From: Euglena gracilis
Lineage: Eukaryota
DNA: 64,000 bases
Direction of reading: 5' to 3'
NCBI GenBank assembly: GCA_039621445.1
Contig: CP154954.1
Location: forward strand, 19,020,642 to 19,084,641
In this document: one piece after another, positions 12,617 through 25,636 of the stretch
How positions within the stretch are numbered: the first letter of the stretch is position 1
Layout: each line of letters opens with the position of its first letter
Made by a program: the position numbers and the translations under genes
The notes under the pieces: model-generated
What the model saw: only the letters and a program-made list of their open reading frames with translations
Told to the model about the DNA's origin: nothing
The model's database searches: none

Positions 12617-14649
12617 TCAGGCGAAACGATGCACCGTCCACGGCAAACCCGGCAGCCAGAGGGGCGAGCCCCGATCCAGCTCGAGCACGGGGGTGGGCCG
12701 GGTCACGGGGGGGTCACGGGGGGGGGCACGGGGGGGGGGCCACGGGGGGGATATGGCCTCCTCTTCAATGTTTCCGGCTTCCGCGACATTTGAAAAAAAA
12801 TACTGAAAGCAGTTGTGATTGAAGCACGTGCGTTTGCGGACCCCAAAATCGGGGGGTGTTCAAATCCGGGTCACGGGGGGGTCACGGGGGGGGGGTCACG
12901 GGGGGTCACGGGGACGACACCCCCAATGGAAGAACTCTGATGCTCAAAGCGGACCCGGTCTCGGTCGTTCAAGGTCGCGAGGAATGCCGGACGTGCTGCT
13001 TGGCGCAGCTGATCGCTCCACCATGCCTGATCGTGGTGGGTGGTGTCGTCAGGGGTCAAGGCGCCGTTTCCTGCCCATCTCCGCACTGGCTCGAGGCATC
13101 CCCCAAGTGCTTTTGCAGCCCGGATAGTAGATCGTTTAATCCGTCAATGGGGGCGCGAGAAATGTTACTCAGGCCCAAGGAGTTGGGTGCATGGTGGATC
13201 CATGACAACAGTGGGGGGTCGGCACGCCGTGGCGAGGGGTCCGGCTAGGGGGGGGGGGGGGGAGGGGGGGTTTTTGGCGTTTTTTTTTGGCGTGGCGAGG
13301 GGGTCCCGGATGGGGGGGGTGAGGGGTGCGCGGGGGTTTTCCAAGAAAATTTTCTTTGGCGCGGCTGACGTGGCGTGGCGAGGGGGTCTGAAAAGGGGGG
13401 GGAGGGGGGGGGTAAAATGGCGTGGCGAGGGGGTCGGTGAGGGAGGGGGGGGAGGGGTGTGCCGACCCCCCAGTGCACTCAGACGTGCCGGCAGGACGGA
13501 GTCCAGTGCCAGCTTCTTAGGGAGATTTCATTGTCAAAAAACGGAAGGGACCAATTAATCGTTAATCGTCCGAGACACCCCGATTAATCGCGATTAATTG
13601 TTCGCCAGCCCGAAACGATTAATTGGCACAAGCCTACCAGCCGGATACCGAAACCACCCAAACGCAGAGGCAGGGCAGCCTGGGCCCATTGTGTGTCGGT
13701 GACAGAGCAATCCAAAATCTGCTGGAAAGTGGCCCGGAGGCATCCGTCCGCACGGGCCAGCAAGTGGGGAAAGGGGAGGCAGTGAGCACTACGCAACAAA
13801 GAACTGAACTTACAGGCGTCGAAACAGAAGTGGAGTAAGGACAGTTGGACTTGGGGGTCTTGCACGGAGCCCAGCAGTGCTGTTGCTTGCTCATGCTTGG
13901 AGATACCTCTAATTGCTGGCGAACAAAGGACACATCCGAAGGGTGATGGATCGGGACGCCCAACACCGAGACCCGGAGTCGAGGGTGAAGGGAACAACAA
14001 AGGCCCCACGCAAGACGGAATCATCATGCAGAGAGGGGATATGCCGAACCCCTGGGCCCCACACGGTAGTCTTGGTTAGATTCAGAGAACACCCCAGGCG
14101 GCCCAGGCCGATCTGGAGGTGTGCCAGGGCGCGATCAGCAGTTGGGACGTCTGACAAGATGGACCCGTCGTCCAAGTACCAGAAGGAATTGCCCCGTCCT
14201 GGTGCCGAAAGCAGGGTGTCGTGAATGGCTAGCGAGAACAGGAGAGGCACGAGGGGTGCTCCCTGCTGCCCACCTTCCGTGCTCTAGATCTCGTTGTCCC
14301 CAACGAACAAACGGGATGGCTGCAGGGAAAGGCGGCACCAGTGCAGCAAGTGCGGGGCCTGGCGCTTGACGGCATCAATGATGGCAGCCCGCTTTACAGA
14401 ATTGAAGGCATTCCGTATGTCGACCTGGAGTACACCCAGTCAGGGTCGTCCCTGCGCTCAGATGTTGCAGCGAGATCCCAATTTGCTCGCAGGCGCTTTT
14501 GCCTCCAAAGGCGGACTGTAACGGGCGCAGGTTGGCGCCCACGTCCTCTGTCTCGGGAAGAGCCATGAGGCATTTTTCCACAAAGGTCTCCCCGACGGCA
14601 ACCGGGCGTACCCCGTCGTCCTTCTTCCGCAAAGGGAAGAGGTTGGCCG

Positions 14650-15431
14650 CAGGGGTGTAGAAGTAATTTTTTCTCGGGGGGGGCGAGATCCTCGACAAGA
14701 CTGAAAATATCCATTTTTCCCTCGCCGCCCGAAGGGCGGCGAAATGGTGGTGCTTTTTTGAAAGATGGCATTGAATGTTACAAAAAAAATGTGGCAATTT
14801 TTGGCATTATGACACTGATCCATCACAACTTGGAAGCTTTTAAGTCACCCGAAGGGCGGCAAAACGGTAGTGCTTTTTTGAAAGATGGCATTGAATGTTA
14901 CAAAAAAAGCCGCCATTTTTACATTATGCCACCAATCCATCACAATTTGGAAGAGCCGCCCAACAAGCGGCAAGAGTGACGCCTTTTTGGGTTTCAGGAT
15001 TTGTGTCTTAGGATTTGCGTGGAACAAAAAAAATCTATTGCCGCCCGAAGGGCGGCTGACGGTAATGCAATTTTCCAAAACCTTCCCCAAAAAGACTTGT
15101 CAACTTGCCAAACTTGTCAACAAAAATTGTGTGCTCTTGAAAAAAAAGAGCTTTGGAAGCGTAGTCAAGATGCATGTTTTCCTGTTTGCCGAGATTTTCG
15201 CCCCCCCCGACCCATGAATTCAGCACGTCTTTGGCCGCACAAAGGGCGGCGAGACGGTAGCGATGTCCAACAGCAAAAACACCCTAAAGTTCAATGAAAA
15301 GTTGAATTCTCGGTGTGAGAAATTGAAAAAACCACAAACAATGTGAATCACACACTTTTCAAAAAAAATTTCTTCCCAAAATGTTAGGGGGGGGCGGCCG
15401 CCCCCCCCGACCCCCCACTTCTACACCTATG
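14650..15431. mobile_element. hAT-like MITE, TIR CAGGGGTGTAGAAGT...ACTTCTACACCTATG, perfect 8-bp TSD GTTGGCCG, inserted in the CRE RT
   Basis: TSD at 14642-14649 and 15432-15439. Removing it restores WLCSANLFPLRKK. Confidence 0.9.
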
Positions 15432-16353
15432 GTTGGCCGAGCATAGCCATTCCGCTGCCGTGGGGTGCAGAGACCCCTGGGTGCACTGTTGGACAAGGTC
15501 GTCCAAGGCCTACAGCAACGGAGTGGGTTCCCACTGTCACCGTCCCGTAACAGTTCGGCAAGGTATGCGGGTCGCAGGCCAGACGGCCCCGGTGCACTCC
15601 CCGGAGGGAACCCGAGGGCAACTTTACGAAGTGCTGCCAACCGGTCGTCGGCTGGGGAGTTGACGTAGCAATAGTGGGTGGAAGCTAACTGTTGGTCATT
15701 GTCGGACCAGGAGAAGCCCGCCCCGACGGGGTGTAGTCCGTGCAGGGCGGCAAGGACGTCCTCGGACCGGGAGTCATGGACCCCCTTACTCAGAAGGCAT
15801 TTGGCTGCCTTGGAAAAGGCACCGAGTTTTCCTCCCTCCCTCACCCTCCACGCCGAACCTCCGGACCAACACAAAAAACCGCTCCTCCCCCTCTCCCACA
15901 ACCTTGAGCTTTTCTCAAATGTCTTCTCGCGCATATTGTATACATACCCCTAACCACCACTAAACCTACCACCACTCATTTCACAGCTTCCTTGGGAGCC
16001 TTTCCCCAGACAGTAGAGGAGAAAGCCATGCGACTGACCTGTTTGGATCACGTGGGCAACAGTGGCCCTTGACACTCAAGGTGACATGTCTTCCAGTTTA
16101 GTAAGTTTAGTAAGGCGAACATGCATGCATTCGGCCCACCACCTTGTGAGGAGTGACCGGAGGTGGGATTGGCCAAAGAGGCAAGAGTTGTTATCCATGT
16201 TGCCAGTGGTTTGCTATCAAGTGCACAACCTTGAAAATTTCATGGCCACCGATGGATTTTTGTTGAAAAGAGCTTTCGATCGAGATTGGTACCCTCACCC
16301 CCCCCCTCAAAGTGGCCACCCTCCAGGCACCACAGGACCCCAAAACGGCCACT

Positions 16354-16387
<34 letters not shown>

Positions 16388-19300
16388 AATTTTTGGGCTT
16401 CGGCGCTTCGGCGCCAAAAGAAATGGCCACTTCAAGGGGGGTAAACCAAAGTTGCCAAAAATTATCCACACTGAGGGGGAGACACTTTGAGGGGGGTGAG
16501 GGTGCCCACAACGTTGCACACAACCAGTGAGAGATATGCTCGCGATCGTCGGATCAAACAGAAACAGAATCGAAATTTGTGGTCATTTCCGGCACTGCTT
16601 TATTTGAGAAACACAATGAACAATACAAAAGCGATTTTTTCCCTTCAAACCGACGACCAAAAGGTTCTTTGGGGCCAGACATGAGAAACCATTGAAAAAG
16701 TGCCCAAAATTTTTTGCACGTCCCAAAAATGACAAGGGAAAATCCTAACAATTTTTAAAAAAATTCACCAAACTCTCGCTGGCTTTTTCTGTTTCTTTCA
16801 AAAAGCTTTTTTTTGTTTTTGATTTTTTTAATGCGGCTTAGATTGCCATTACGATGCCCCCATGTTACCGCACGTTCCTGCCCTGTTTCTGCCCTCTCAG
16901 CCTACTTCCCCCTCACGACACTTAATTCTACCCTCTCTTCGCCCTTCCAGGTTTCCAGGTTTCCTGGGAACCGGATGACACCCTCTGCCTTATCCTCATC
17001 CATGGGGTCTCCCAATCGGTGCATAGCCTCCCCCCCGTACACTTCAAATCCAGTAGGCTGCGCCACTGGTCGGTGGATTCGGTTCGCCCCACCGCCGTTT
17101 CGTCCGGTGAAACCCCTGATATAATCGCGATAATTTTCGCGAAGTCGTGTCATCACCCGCCTGTGGATGAATTGAAATCCTGGAATTTGTGAGAGTTGTT
17201 CGAAAAAAATAGGGCACATTGGACATGAGAATCAGAGGCGGGTCTCACCACAGCCACCAAATGAAGCCAAAGCAAAGACGTCAATATTGATGTTAAATAA
17301 TGTGCAAGGTGGGATTGTGTGCTTTGGGGATTCTGAGGAAATCCTCATAAAGGCTTCTGGGAGTCATTTAAATCTTGTTTTTCAACGATCATGCACTTTA
17401 CATCCCAGCAGTGCATTTTCCAATTGACCATGCACTGGGCAAGGGCAGCTGTCCAGAAACCCGGGGAGGGGTCTGGGGAGGATGGTTGGTGGGTCCGCCC
17501 CCACCCCTTTTCCGCACAAATCCCAAAAAAATTTTGGACCCCAAAATGACTTCCCTTGACTTGAGTCCCCCCCCCAGATTCCCCCCCCCCAGATTGGCTG
17601 CTCGTTTTTCGAAATTCAGCGTGCCAAATTGGCCGTTATTGGGGGAAATAGGTTAGGGTTCGGAGTTTCATGAAGTTTTAGCCTTATTTTTGGATTTGGC
17701 AAAATCTTAAAGACCCCCCCCCTCAATAACCTGGCGGGGTGTCAGGTTATTGAACCAACTTTTGGCCCGCCCGCCGACCCTTCGGCCAAATTTGCCATCC
17801 TGGAGGGGGGGGGTCGGCACGCCGTGGCGAGGTGTCTGGCTAGGGGGGGGGAGGGGGGGGGTTTGGCGTGGCGAGGGGGTCCTGGAGGGGGGTGCGCGGG
17901 GGTTTGCCAAGAAAATTTTCTTTGGCGGGCCTGAATCTTTTTCCCCCTCTTCTGGTCTGCCGCCTTTGGAGCCCAGGTATTGGGGGCCCCCCCTGTTCAC
18001 TTCTGAACTGAACTGGACATGTTGACTTCCCGGAGGGGGGGGAGGGGGGGGGAGGGGGGGTCCGACACCGAAGGTGCCGAAAAAGCCCTTTTCGGTGTTC
18101 GCCTGCTGTTCCGGTTTTCGGTTTTTTCCCAAAGTGAACAGGTGCATCCAGGTACACAGTAGGGTGGCGACTGAAATTTCCGGCCCCTGAAATTTCACAA
18201 AATTTCACAATTTTTAACTTTTCTTTCAGACCACAAGCCAATAGCAGGGTGTTGACTGAAATTTCCGGCCCCTGAAATTTCACGAAATTTCACAATTTTT
18301 TACTTTTCTTTCCGACCACTTTTCACGAATGTCACCACCCTACTACACGGGGGGGGGACCCCCTGTTCACTTCCGAAGTGAACTGAACAAGGGGGGGAGG
18401 GGGGTCCCAGGGTCCCGAAGTGGACTACCTGGCCTCCTTTGGGGTTCCCTTGTGTGTATGTGCAAGGTTTGGCATGCCCAAATCCTGCCCCTGTCTCGTC
18501 AAAAGTAAACCCACCAAAATGGAGACAAGGCACAGGGGGGGAGGGGGGTCCGAGGGGGGGGGGTTGGAAGCTGTACAGGGGGGGGGGTCCCCAGAAAATC
18601 ACAACTGTACTGCCTACCCCCGAGACAGTTGCGACATTTTTCGTCCAATTGAGGTTGGCAATGATGGATTTTGCGAAATTCAGATGCATTTTGCAAAATA
18701 TTTGTGTCTTGTAAAAAGAGTGGTAGCCAGTATTTTCACTTTAAACACTTAGCAGAAAGGCAGGAAGCAGCTTCAATCACTCCCCCTTGGCACACCATGC
18801 GGAATTGAGCCAGGGTTGACGTTTTTTTGTTTTTCAACAAAGAACAAAAAATATGTTTTTTTTCCAAAAAAAACACACAAAAACATGTTTTCTTTTTTTA
18901 AAAAGCAAAATTTGACCTTTTTCCTTGCGAAATGGCCATTTTTTGAGGAAAAGGTTTTAAGGTCATTTTTTTGGTCATCAAAAGTGACGTATTTTTAGTT
19001 TTTCCAGCACCTTTAACAGACTACGAAGCTGCAGAGATGAAAAAAGACCTTTTTTCAAAAAAAAAAGTTTCAAAAAAAATTCCCCCAAACCCCCATGAGG
19101 TTTTTTTTGTTTTTTTAAAAAAACATATTTTTTCTTAGGGGGTACTACCCCCGTGGCCCCCCCCCCAGTTACACCCCCGTGACCCCCCCGTGACCCGAGA
19201 ATCGATCCTTCGCCATTCTTTTTTTAAAAGCATTTTTTTAAAAAAAACAATGAACTTTCATGTATCCTTGTCCGCCCAATGCACCTTCACACCCAAAAAT

Positions 19301-21049
19301 GGCCAAAAATCTTTTCCCCTGAAAGAAGTGCCAAAAACTGGTGCATTTCCCCACCCAAAACGGAATTTTGTCAAAAATGGCCCAAACTTCATCCCAAAAA
19401 CGTGTTGGTCAAGAAAATCCTAACAAAATTCCCTTTTCAAAAAATGACCAATTTTATCACGATGCCACGTCATGGATGTTGCCTCCCGGCTACCTTCAAA
19501 GTGGCATATTTCCCCCGTGACCCCCCCCCCACCCCGTGACCCCCCATGACCCCCCGCGACCCGCACCACCCCCTTAAAGAAGCATTTTTTTTGTTTCAAA
19601 AAACAAGCTTTTTTTAAAAAAAATTTCATCTGCCTCGGGGGGTTGGAAGTGGGGGGGGAGGGGGGGGGTCCCGGGGGGGGGGGGTTGGAACTGTACAGGG
19701 GGGGGGGAGGGGGGGGGGGGCAAAGGTTTGACCAACTGTACTGCCTTGTCCCCAATGGCCAGGACAGGACTGCAAAGTGCGTCGCAGGATTATCGAAAGG
19801 GGGTCCGTCGCAGGATAACATGTCAGTGCAAAATTTAACCCCCTCCCCAATTGGTCATTTTGGTCAAAAACAAGGTCCCCAGAGGCCGTCCAAGGGTTAG
19901 GCAGTACAGGGAGGGGGCTGCGGACCCCCCGGTGAACGTTCACCGGGGGGAAGGGCGGGGAACTTTCGGCGATGAAGTTCACGGGTGAAGTTCACTGGTG
20001 AACTTCACCGTTTTGATGGTTGGAGGTGAAATTTTGCTCCTTTTCCTCACAAAATGGTCATTTTGAGGTTGATGGTTCATGGAATTTTGTCGAAATTTCC
20101 GAAGGCTTGCCCAAAATGTCATTTTTGGCCATTTTTGGCCAAAACAGTGCTCTGGTGGTGAACTTCACCGGGGGGGGGGGGGGATGGGGTCCAAAATCCC
20201 AAAAGTTACCGCCTGATCTCCTGGGGGTGAGGGCATCCCTGGGCCCCCCTGGGGGGGGGCAGGCTGAGTCGGGCATTTTTGGGACTTGGGGGCCTATAAA
20301 ATTTGCTTAAATTTTAAGACCTTTGCACACATGATTGCATTGAGGAGTGTCCATTTTGACCAGGAAGAAGTGGGGGGGGGGGCTGTGGACCCCATGTGGA
20401 TGACGGCAACAGGTCTGGTTAGTTCACCGTTTTTAGGGCTGGGGGTTGAAATTTTGACCACGTTCTGTCAGACGAAGCCTGCCGGCCTCGAAGGGATTTG
20501 CCTTTAACCCCTCTCCCCCAAAGTGTCCCCCCCCCATTGGCCATTGGCCAGTGGCCATTTTGGATTCCCATAGTTCCTGGAGGGTGCTCACTTTGAGGGA
20601 GTGAGGTTCTTTTTTTTGTCCTTGCCACCTGTCGTCATGACCTATGGAGTCCCAGATTGGGGGGATTATTTGGTACTTGTTCGCTATCGACCCTCCCTTT
20701 TCTGCACACAAATCGTGGCTGAGCCCAGATTTCAGCTTGAAAACGTGTTCCGCAGGGCCCCCTGAACACGTTTTCAGGCTGAAATCTGGGCTCAGCCACA
20801 ATTTGGTTAAAAACGTGTTCAGAGCCCGCCAAATGCCTGCCTTGAAATTCTGATCATGATTCACGCCAAGGGAAAAAAAACGCGAAAATGTGAAATTCGG
20901 ACCGAAAAAAGAGCGCCATAATGGAAAACATGCCTTGCCACAGATGCCTACCATGCCCCCCCCCATATAAGACCAGGTTTTGAATAGTGCTTCGCTCTTA
21001 ATAAGCGCTCACCCACCCTTGACACCCCCATATAAACCGGCCCACTCCA

Positions 21050-23260
21050 TGGAGCTCTGTCGACTGAAATGCAAAGGTTTTGTGCCCGAAACAGGGCGCC
21101 GGGGGGGGGGGTGAAGAAACACTCATTTTTGGCTCAAAATACACCTTTTCCGGGTCTGGGGAGCCAAAAAAACAGCGTTTTGTTGTGTTTTTTTTTTTTG
21201 ACCCGAAAATGACCGAAAGTGAGTGAGTGGGTTGACAGCCCAGAACGGGGCGCTGGCGGGTCGAAAAACGCTCATTTTTCGGCCCAAAAACAGTTTTTCT
21301 GGGTCCGGTAGACCAAGAAAAAACATCGTTTCGGGCCAAAAAAAATTTCTCGATTTTTTTTCGACTTTTTTTGACCCGGTTTTGACCCAAAGTCAATGGG
21401 TTGGCAGCCCAAAACGGGGCGGCGGGTCGAAAAACGCTCATTTTCGGCTCAAAAACAGTTTTTCTGGGTTCAGGAGGCCAAAAAACACCGTTCTGGGCAA
21501 AATTTTTTTCGATTTTTTTTCGACTTTTTTGACCCATGATGCCCTTCCTGGGTCATGATGCGCATCATAGGTCATGATGGGCATCATGGCCATCACGGGT
21601 CATGATGGCCATGATGGTCGAAAAACGCCCATTTTCGGCTCGAAAACCCTTTTTCCGGGTCCGGGAGGCCAAAAAGCATGGTTTTGGGTAAAATTTTTTT
21701 CGATATTTTTCGCCTTTTTTGGCTGAAAGTCCACCAGTGGAAAAAGTGTACAAAATGGCCAAAATCGGCCGAAAAACGGCCGTATCTCGGGCTACGCGAA
21801 CAGTTGTGGGAAAATCAAAATACCAGTGGATGGGGCGTTCCAACAAGGGCTTCAAATTTGGTCTCTGGACATTTCCTTTGATTTTGCTTCATTTTGGAGA
21901 TATTTTAAAAACGTGTTCAGCCCGCCAAATGCCTGCCCTGAAATTCGTGGTCATGAACACGTTTTCCATGAGGGCATCTGTGGCAATGACACGTTTTCCA
22001 TTAAGGCATCTGTGGTCAGGCACGTTTTCCATTAAGGCATCTGTGGCAATGACACGTTTTCCATTAGGGCATCTGTGGCAATGGCATGTTTTCCATTAGG
22101 GCATCTGTGGCAACGGCACGTTTTCCATTAGGGCATCTGTGGCAATCACGTGTCTGGCGGGGTGCGAAAAAACGCTCCATTTTTTCGGCCGCAAAAACAG
22201 TTTTTTTTTTTCTGGGTCCGGTCAGACCAAGAAAAAACTCGTTCGGGCAAAAAATTTTCTCCTCCGATTTTTTCCGCTTGTTTGAACCGAAAATGACCCA
22301 AAGTCAATGTGTTGTCCAGCCGCAAACAGGGCGCTGGGCGGGTCGAAAACCGCCCTTTTCGGGCCCAAAAAACAAGTTTTTTTTCTTCTGGTTCAGGAGG
22401 CAAAAAAAACATCGTTTCGGGCCAACAAAAATTTCTTCTCTCGATTTTTTTTCGACTTTTTTGACCCGGTTTTGGACCCAAAGTCAATGGGTTGGCCAAG
22501 CCCAAAACCCGAGCGGCGGGTCGAAAAAACGCTCATTTTTGGCTCAACAAAAAACAGTTTTTTCTTGGGTTCAGGAGGCCAAAAACAAACACCCGTTCTG
22601 GGCAAAATTTTTTTTTTTTCGATTTTTTTTCGACTTTTTTGACCCATGATGCCCTTCCTGGGTCATGATGCGCATCATAGGTCATGATGGGCATCATGGC
22701 CATCACGGGTCATGATGGCCATGATGGTCGAAAAACGCCCATTTTCGGCTCGAAAACCCTTTTTCCGGGTCCGGGAGGCCCAAAAGCATGGTTTTGGGTA
22801 AAATTTTTTTCGATATTTTTCGCCTTTTTTGGCCGAAAGTCCACCAGTGGAAAAAGTGTACAAAATGGCCAAAATCGGCCGAAAAACGGCCGTATCTCGG
22901 GCTACGCGAACAGTTGCGGGAAAATCAAAATACCAGTGGATGGGGCGTTCCAACAAGGGCTTCAAATTTGGTCTCTGGACATTTCCTTTGATTTTGCTTC
23001 ATTTTGGAGATATTTTAAAAACGTGTTCAGCCCGCCAAATGCCTGCCCTGAAATTCGTGGTCATGAACACATTTTCCATGAGGGCATCTGTGGCAATGAC
23101 ACGTTTTCCATTAAGGCATCTGTGGTCAGGCACGTTTTCCATTAAGGCATCTGTGGCATGACACGTTTTCCATTAGGGCATCTGTGGCAATGGCATGTTT
23201 TCCATTAGGGCATCTGTGGCAACGGCACGTTTTCCATTAGGGCATCTGTGGCAATCACGT
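21050..23260. repeat. ~1.11-kb tandem duplication, including a ~32-bp minisatellite (GGCATCTGTGGCAATGACACGTTTTCCATTA)
   Basis: 21535-22150 recurs at 22645-23260 (offset 1110). The satellite also occurs at 25085-25210 and 26950-27015. Confidence 0.9.
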
Positions 23261-25213
23261 GTCGTCCGAAATCGTCCGAAAATGCATTTTGCGAAATCGA
23301 TCGACGATCGCGAGCGGATCTCTGGCTGTGAAAGTTGTTCAGGAACAAACTCACCCCTCGATCGAAAACTCTTTTCATCAGACGACTAGTGGTGACGACC
23401 AAATTCAGCCACGCCGCTTGGTTCTTTTACCCTCCCCCCCCCCCCCCGAGCTGTTCCCCCCCCCCCCGAGCTATTCCCATAGGGGGGACGGGAATAGCTC
23501 ACTGTCATAGCACTTTTTATAAAGAACTTCCCAAAAAAGTGCTCAAAAATCGACGTTTTTGGGACAGCCATAGAAAAGGAAAGGTCTCCCCCCTTAGTTC
23601 TTAGTCTATGTCCTTAGTCCAAAGAGGACACAAATTGTTTGGTTTCAGCAAATCCATTCAGAAGGGGGAAAATACACAAGGCAATGCATTTTAGGTCCAC
23701 ATTGAGGGGAAACGGGCTGGCCCAGCAGTCCAACTGCAAAGAAACATCGGACACTTTTTCAGATTTGGGGAGTTGGATCCAATGTGCACAACGTAAAGCT
23801 ATCTAACCGGTATAAAATGAACTCTGGAACGGTTCAAGAATCGAGGGGTGGTACCTTTGCCGGCCTGGAACCCTTGTGTTATCGTTGGTGCCGGCCATCG
23901 TCATATGGGTGGTGTTCATGGATCTAATGACGTCGTCCGTGGACCTGCTGCGCAGCACCACCCACGACTCGATGGACGTCATGGCACAAAATATTCAGCA
24001 GTTGCTGATGTCCAGGTTGAGGTCTTTTTGCTCTTTGCAACTTTTGGTGCATGGCTTGATCCCCCCGCGGGGGGGGGGGGTTGGTTTGTACTCTGGAGCA
24101 GTGGTTTACCCCTTTTTTTGATGTTTAATTTGCCAAATGATGGAGGAAGGGAAGGAAGGGAGGAAGGGAATGAAGTGAATGCCAAAATGTCATTTTGGAG
24201 GAATTTGGGGGGCTTTGTACCTCTTGATAACCAACCACCCAAGTTGCGGTGTTCAAGAGTGAATTTGAATTTGAACCCACAGCAGTGCGGGAAAAAAAGA
24301 ACTTCCCCAAATTTTGTGCAACATTGGAGAAAGGGGGTTGAGCGAAAAGCTGGGGAACCCCCAACTCATACATTTACTTCCAACCCCTTTCCCACCCCCT
24401 CCCCCAATGGATTTCATTCTTGAGGTTCTGGAGGAATTTGACTGCTTGGCATCCAGATTCTGAAATGGAAATCATTCAAGCAAAAAGACAATTGGAACCT
24501 GAAACCTGTTGGTGTATCAAGCGATTGAAAAGTTTGACACCCACATCACGGAGGGCGAGAGGGAGTTTTCAAAAATCACTTTTTGACAAATGTGCTTAAA
24601 AATGACCATTTTTTGCGAACATCCAAAAAAAGTTGCCAAAAATGACCCCCTTGGGGTTGCCCGAGGGTCGGGTATGGGAATAGCTCGGGGGGGGGGACCT
24701 AGGTCCCCCCCCCCCAAGCTGTTCCGGGGACGGGAGTAGCTCGGGGGGGGGGGTATGGTATTTCCTGTCACTGGGAAATCCTAATTTCACAATTCTTGTA
24801 CCTCCCTGGACCCCAGATGCCCTCGATTCGAAGACAAAAATCGTTTCTGTATGGTTTGTTAAGCATTTTAAACCAAGCAGCACCAAAAACCACCACAAAT
24901 TTCGACTAAGATTCTGGCCGATCCGACGATTGTGAGCGTATCTCGGGCTTCGTGCAACGTTAGGGTACCAAGTTACCCCTCGATCGAAAGCTCTTTTCAA
25001 CAGACGGCCAGCGGTGGTCATCAGATTTTTCCACGCTTCACGGTGCTCACAAAGTTTGCCGTGCGTTTAGGTATGGGGGGAGGGGTAACACGTTTTCCAT
25101 TAGGGCATCTGTGGCAATGACACGTTTTCCATTAAGGCATCTGTGGTCAGGCACGTTTTCCATTAAGGCATCTGTGGCAATGACACATCTTCCATTAAGG
25201 CATCTGTGGTCAG

Positions 25214-25636
25214 CATAGCTGGCACTTCGTTTAAAACGAAGTCAAAAAAAACACGTTTTTTTTAAAAAAACATGTTTTTTTAAAAAAAACAAAAAAAAAC
25301 GCCATTGAGGGTCCAGGGCAAAAAAATTTTTGCCTTTAATTTTAGCTTTTTTTTGCCCATCCTCAGGCAGAGAAAGACACCAAATTTGGGATGTTTCAAG
25401 TTGAAACATCCCAAAATGGGAGAAAAATGCCCTATTTTGACCATTCTTGTTGAAGACAACCAAAAGTATTGGTTTTCAAGTCATTTGAGCAAAGATTGGT
25501 TCACCCTTGCGATCAAAGGCAAAATTTGGACCATCATTTTCCCCTTTGTTTTTTTTGCCGTTTTTTTTGCCCGTTTTTTTTAATAAAAAACAAAAAAAAC
25601 GTTTTTTTTAAAAAAAACAAAAAAACGCCAGCTATG
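25214..25636. mobile_element. hAT-like MITE (CATAGCTGGC...GCCAGCTATG), perfect 8-bp TSD GTGGTCAG
   Basis: TSD at 25206-25213 and 25637-25644. Confidence 0.9.

Larger units (their letters stand above)
9231..15940 (-). mobile_element. Fragmented CRE-clade (CRE/SLACS/CZAR-like) non-LTR retrotransposon: RT + CCHC finger + restriction-like endonuclease; pseudogenised
   Basis: Minus-strand pieces lie in colinear order: SAPGPSGLRP (~15580), LRKKDDGVRPVAVGE (~14600), PLLFSLAI and WYLDDG (14250-14160), LNLTKT, AALPLRLGGFGI (~13660), CPLGCGQVVDPFGDHALCC..RH (11830-11740), EISV|AADQKRDVDTFLP..AIDVGINHP (11690|10575-10485), KTAKY..C (~10410). Many frameshifts. Confidence 0.85.

Noticed and set aside
16902-17219. 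105-aa minus-strand ORF in non-repetitive sequence
   Set aside because: No recognisable motif or paired junctions. It could be an exon or TE relic, but I cannot support a call.
17200-17222. Partial resemblance (minus strand, CTATTTTTTTCG) to the euglenid spliced-leader 3' end
   Set aside because: The match is short and not followed by a GT donor or any SL-RNA structure.
22150-22645. Excess 1-nt indels in the second copy of the 1.11-kb duplication
   Set aside because: Concentrated in homopolymers, so they may be sequencing or consensus error. The same caveat applies to the frameshifts in DIRS element C.
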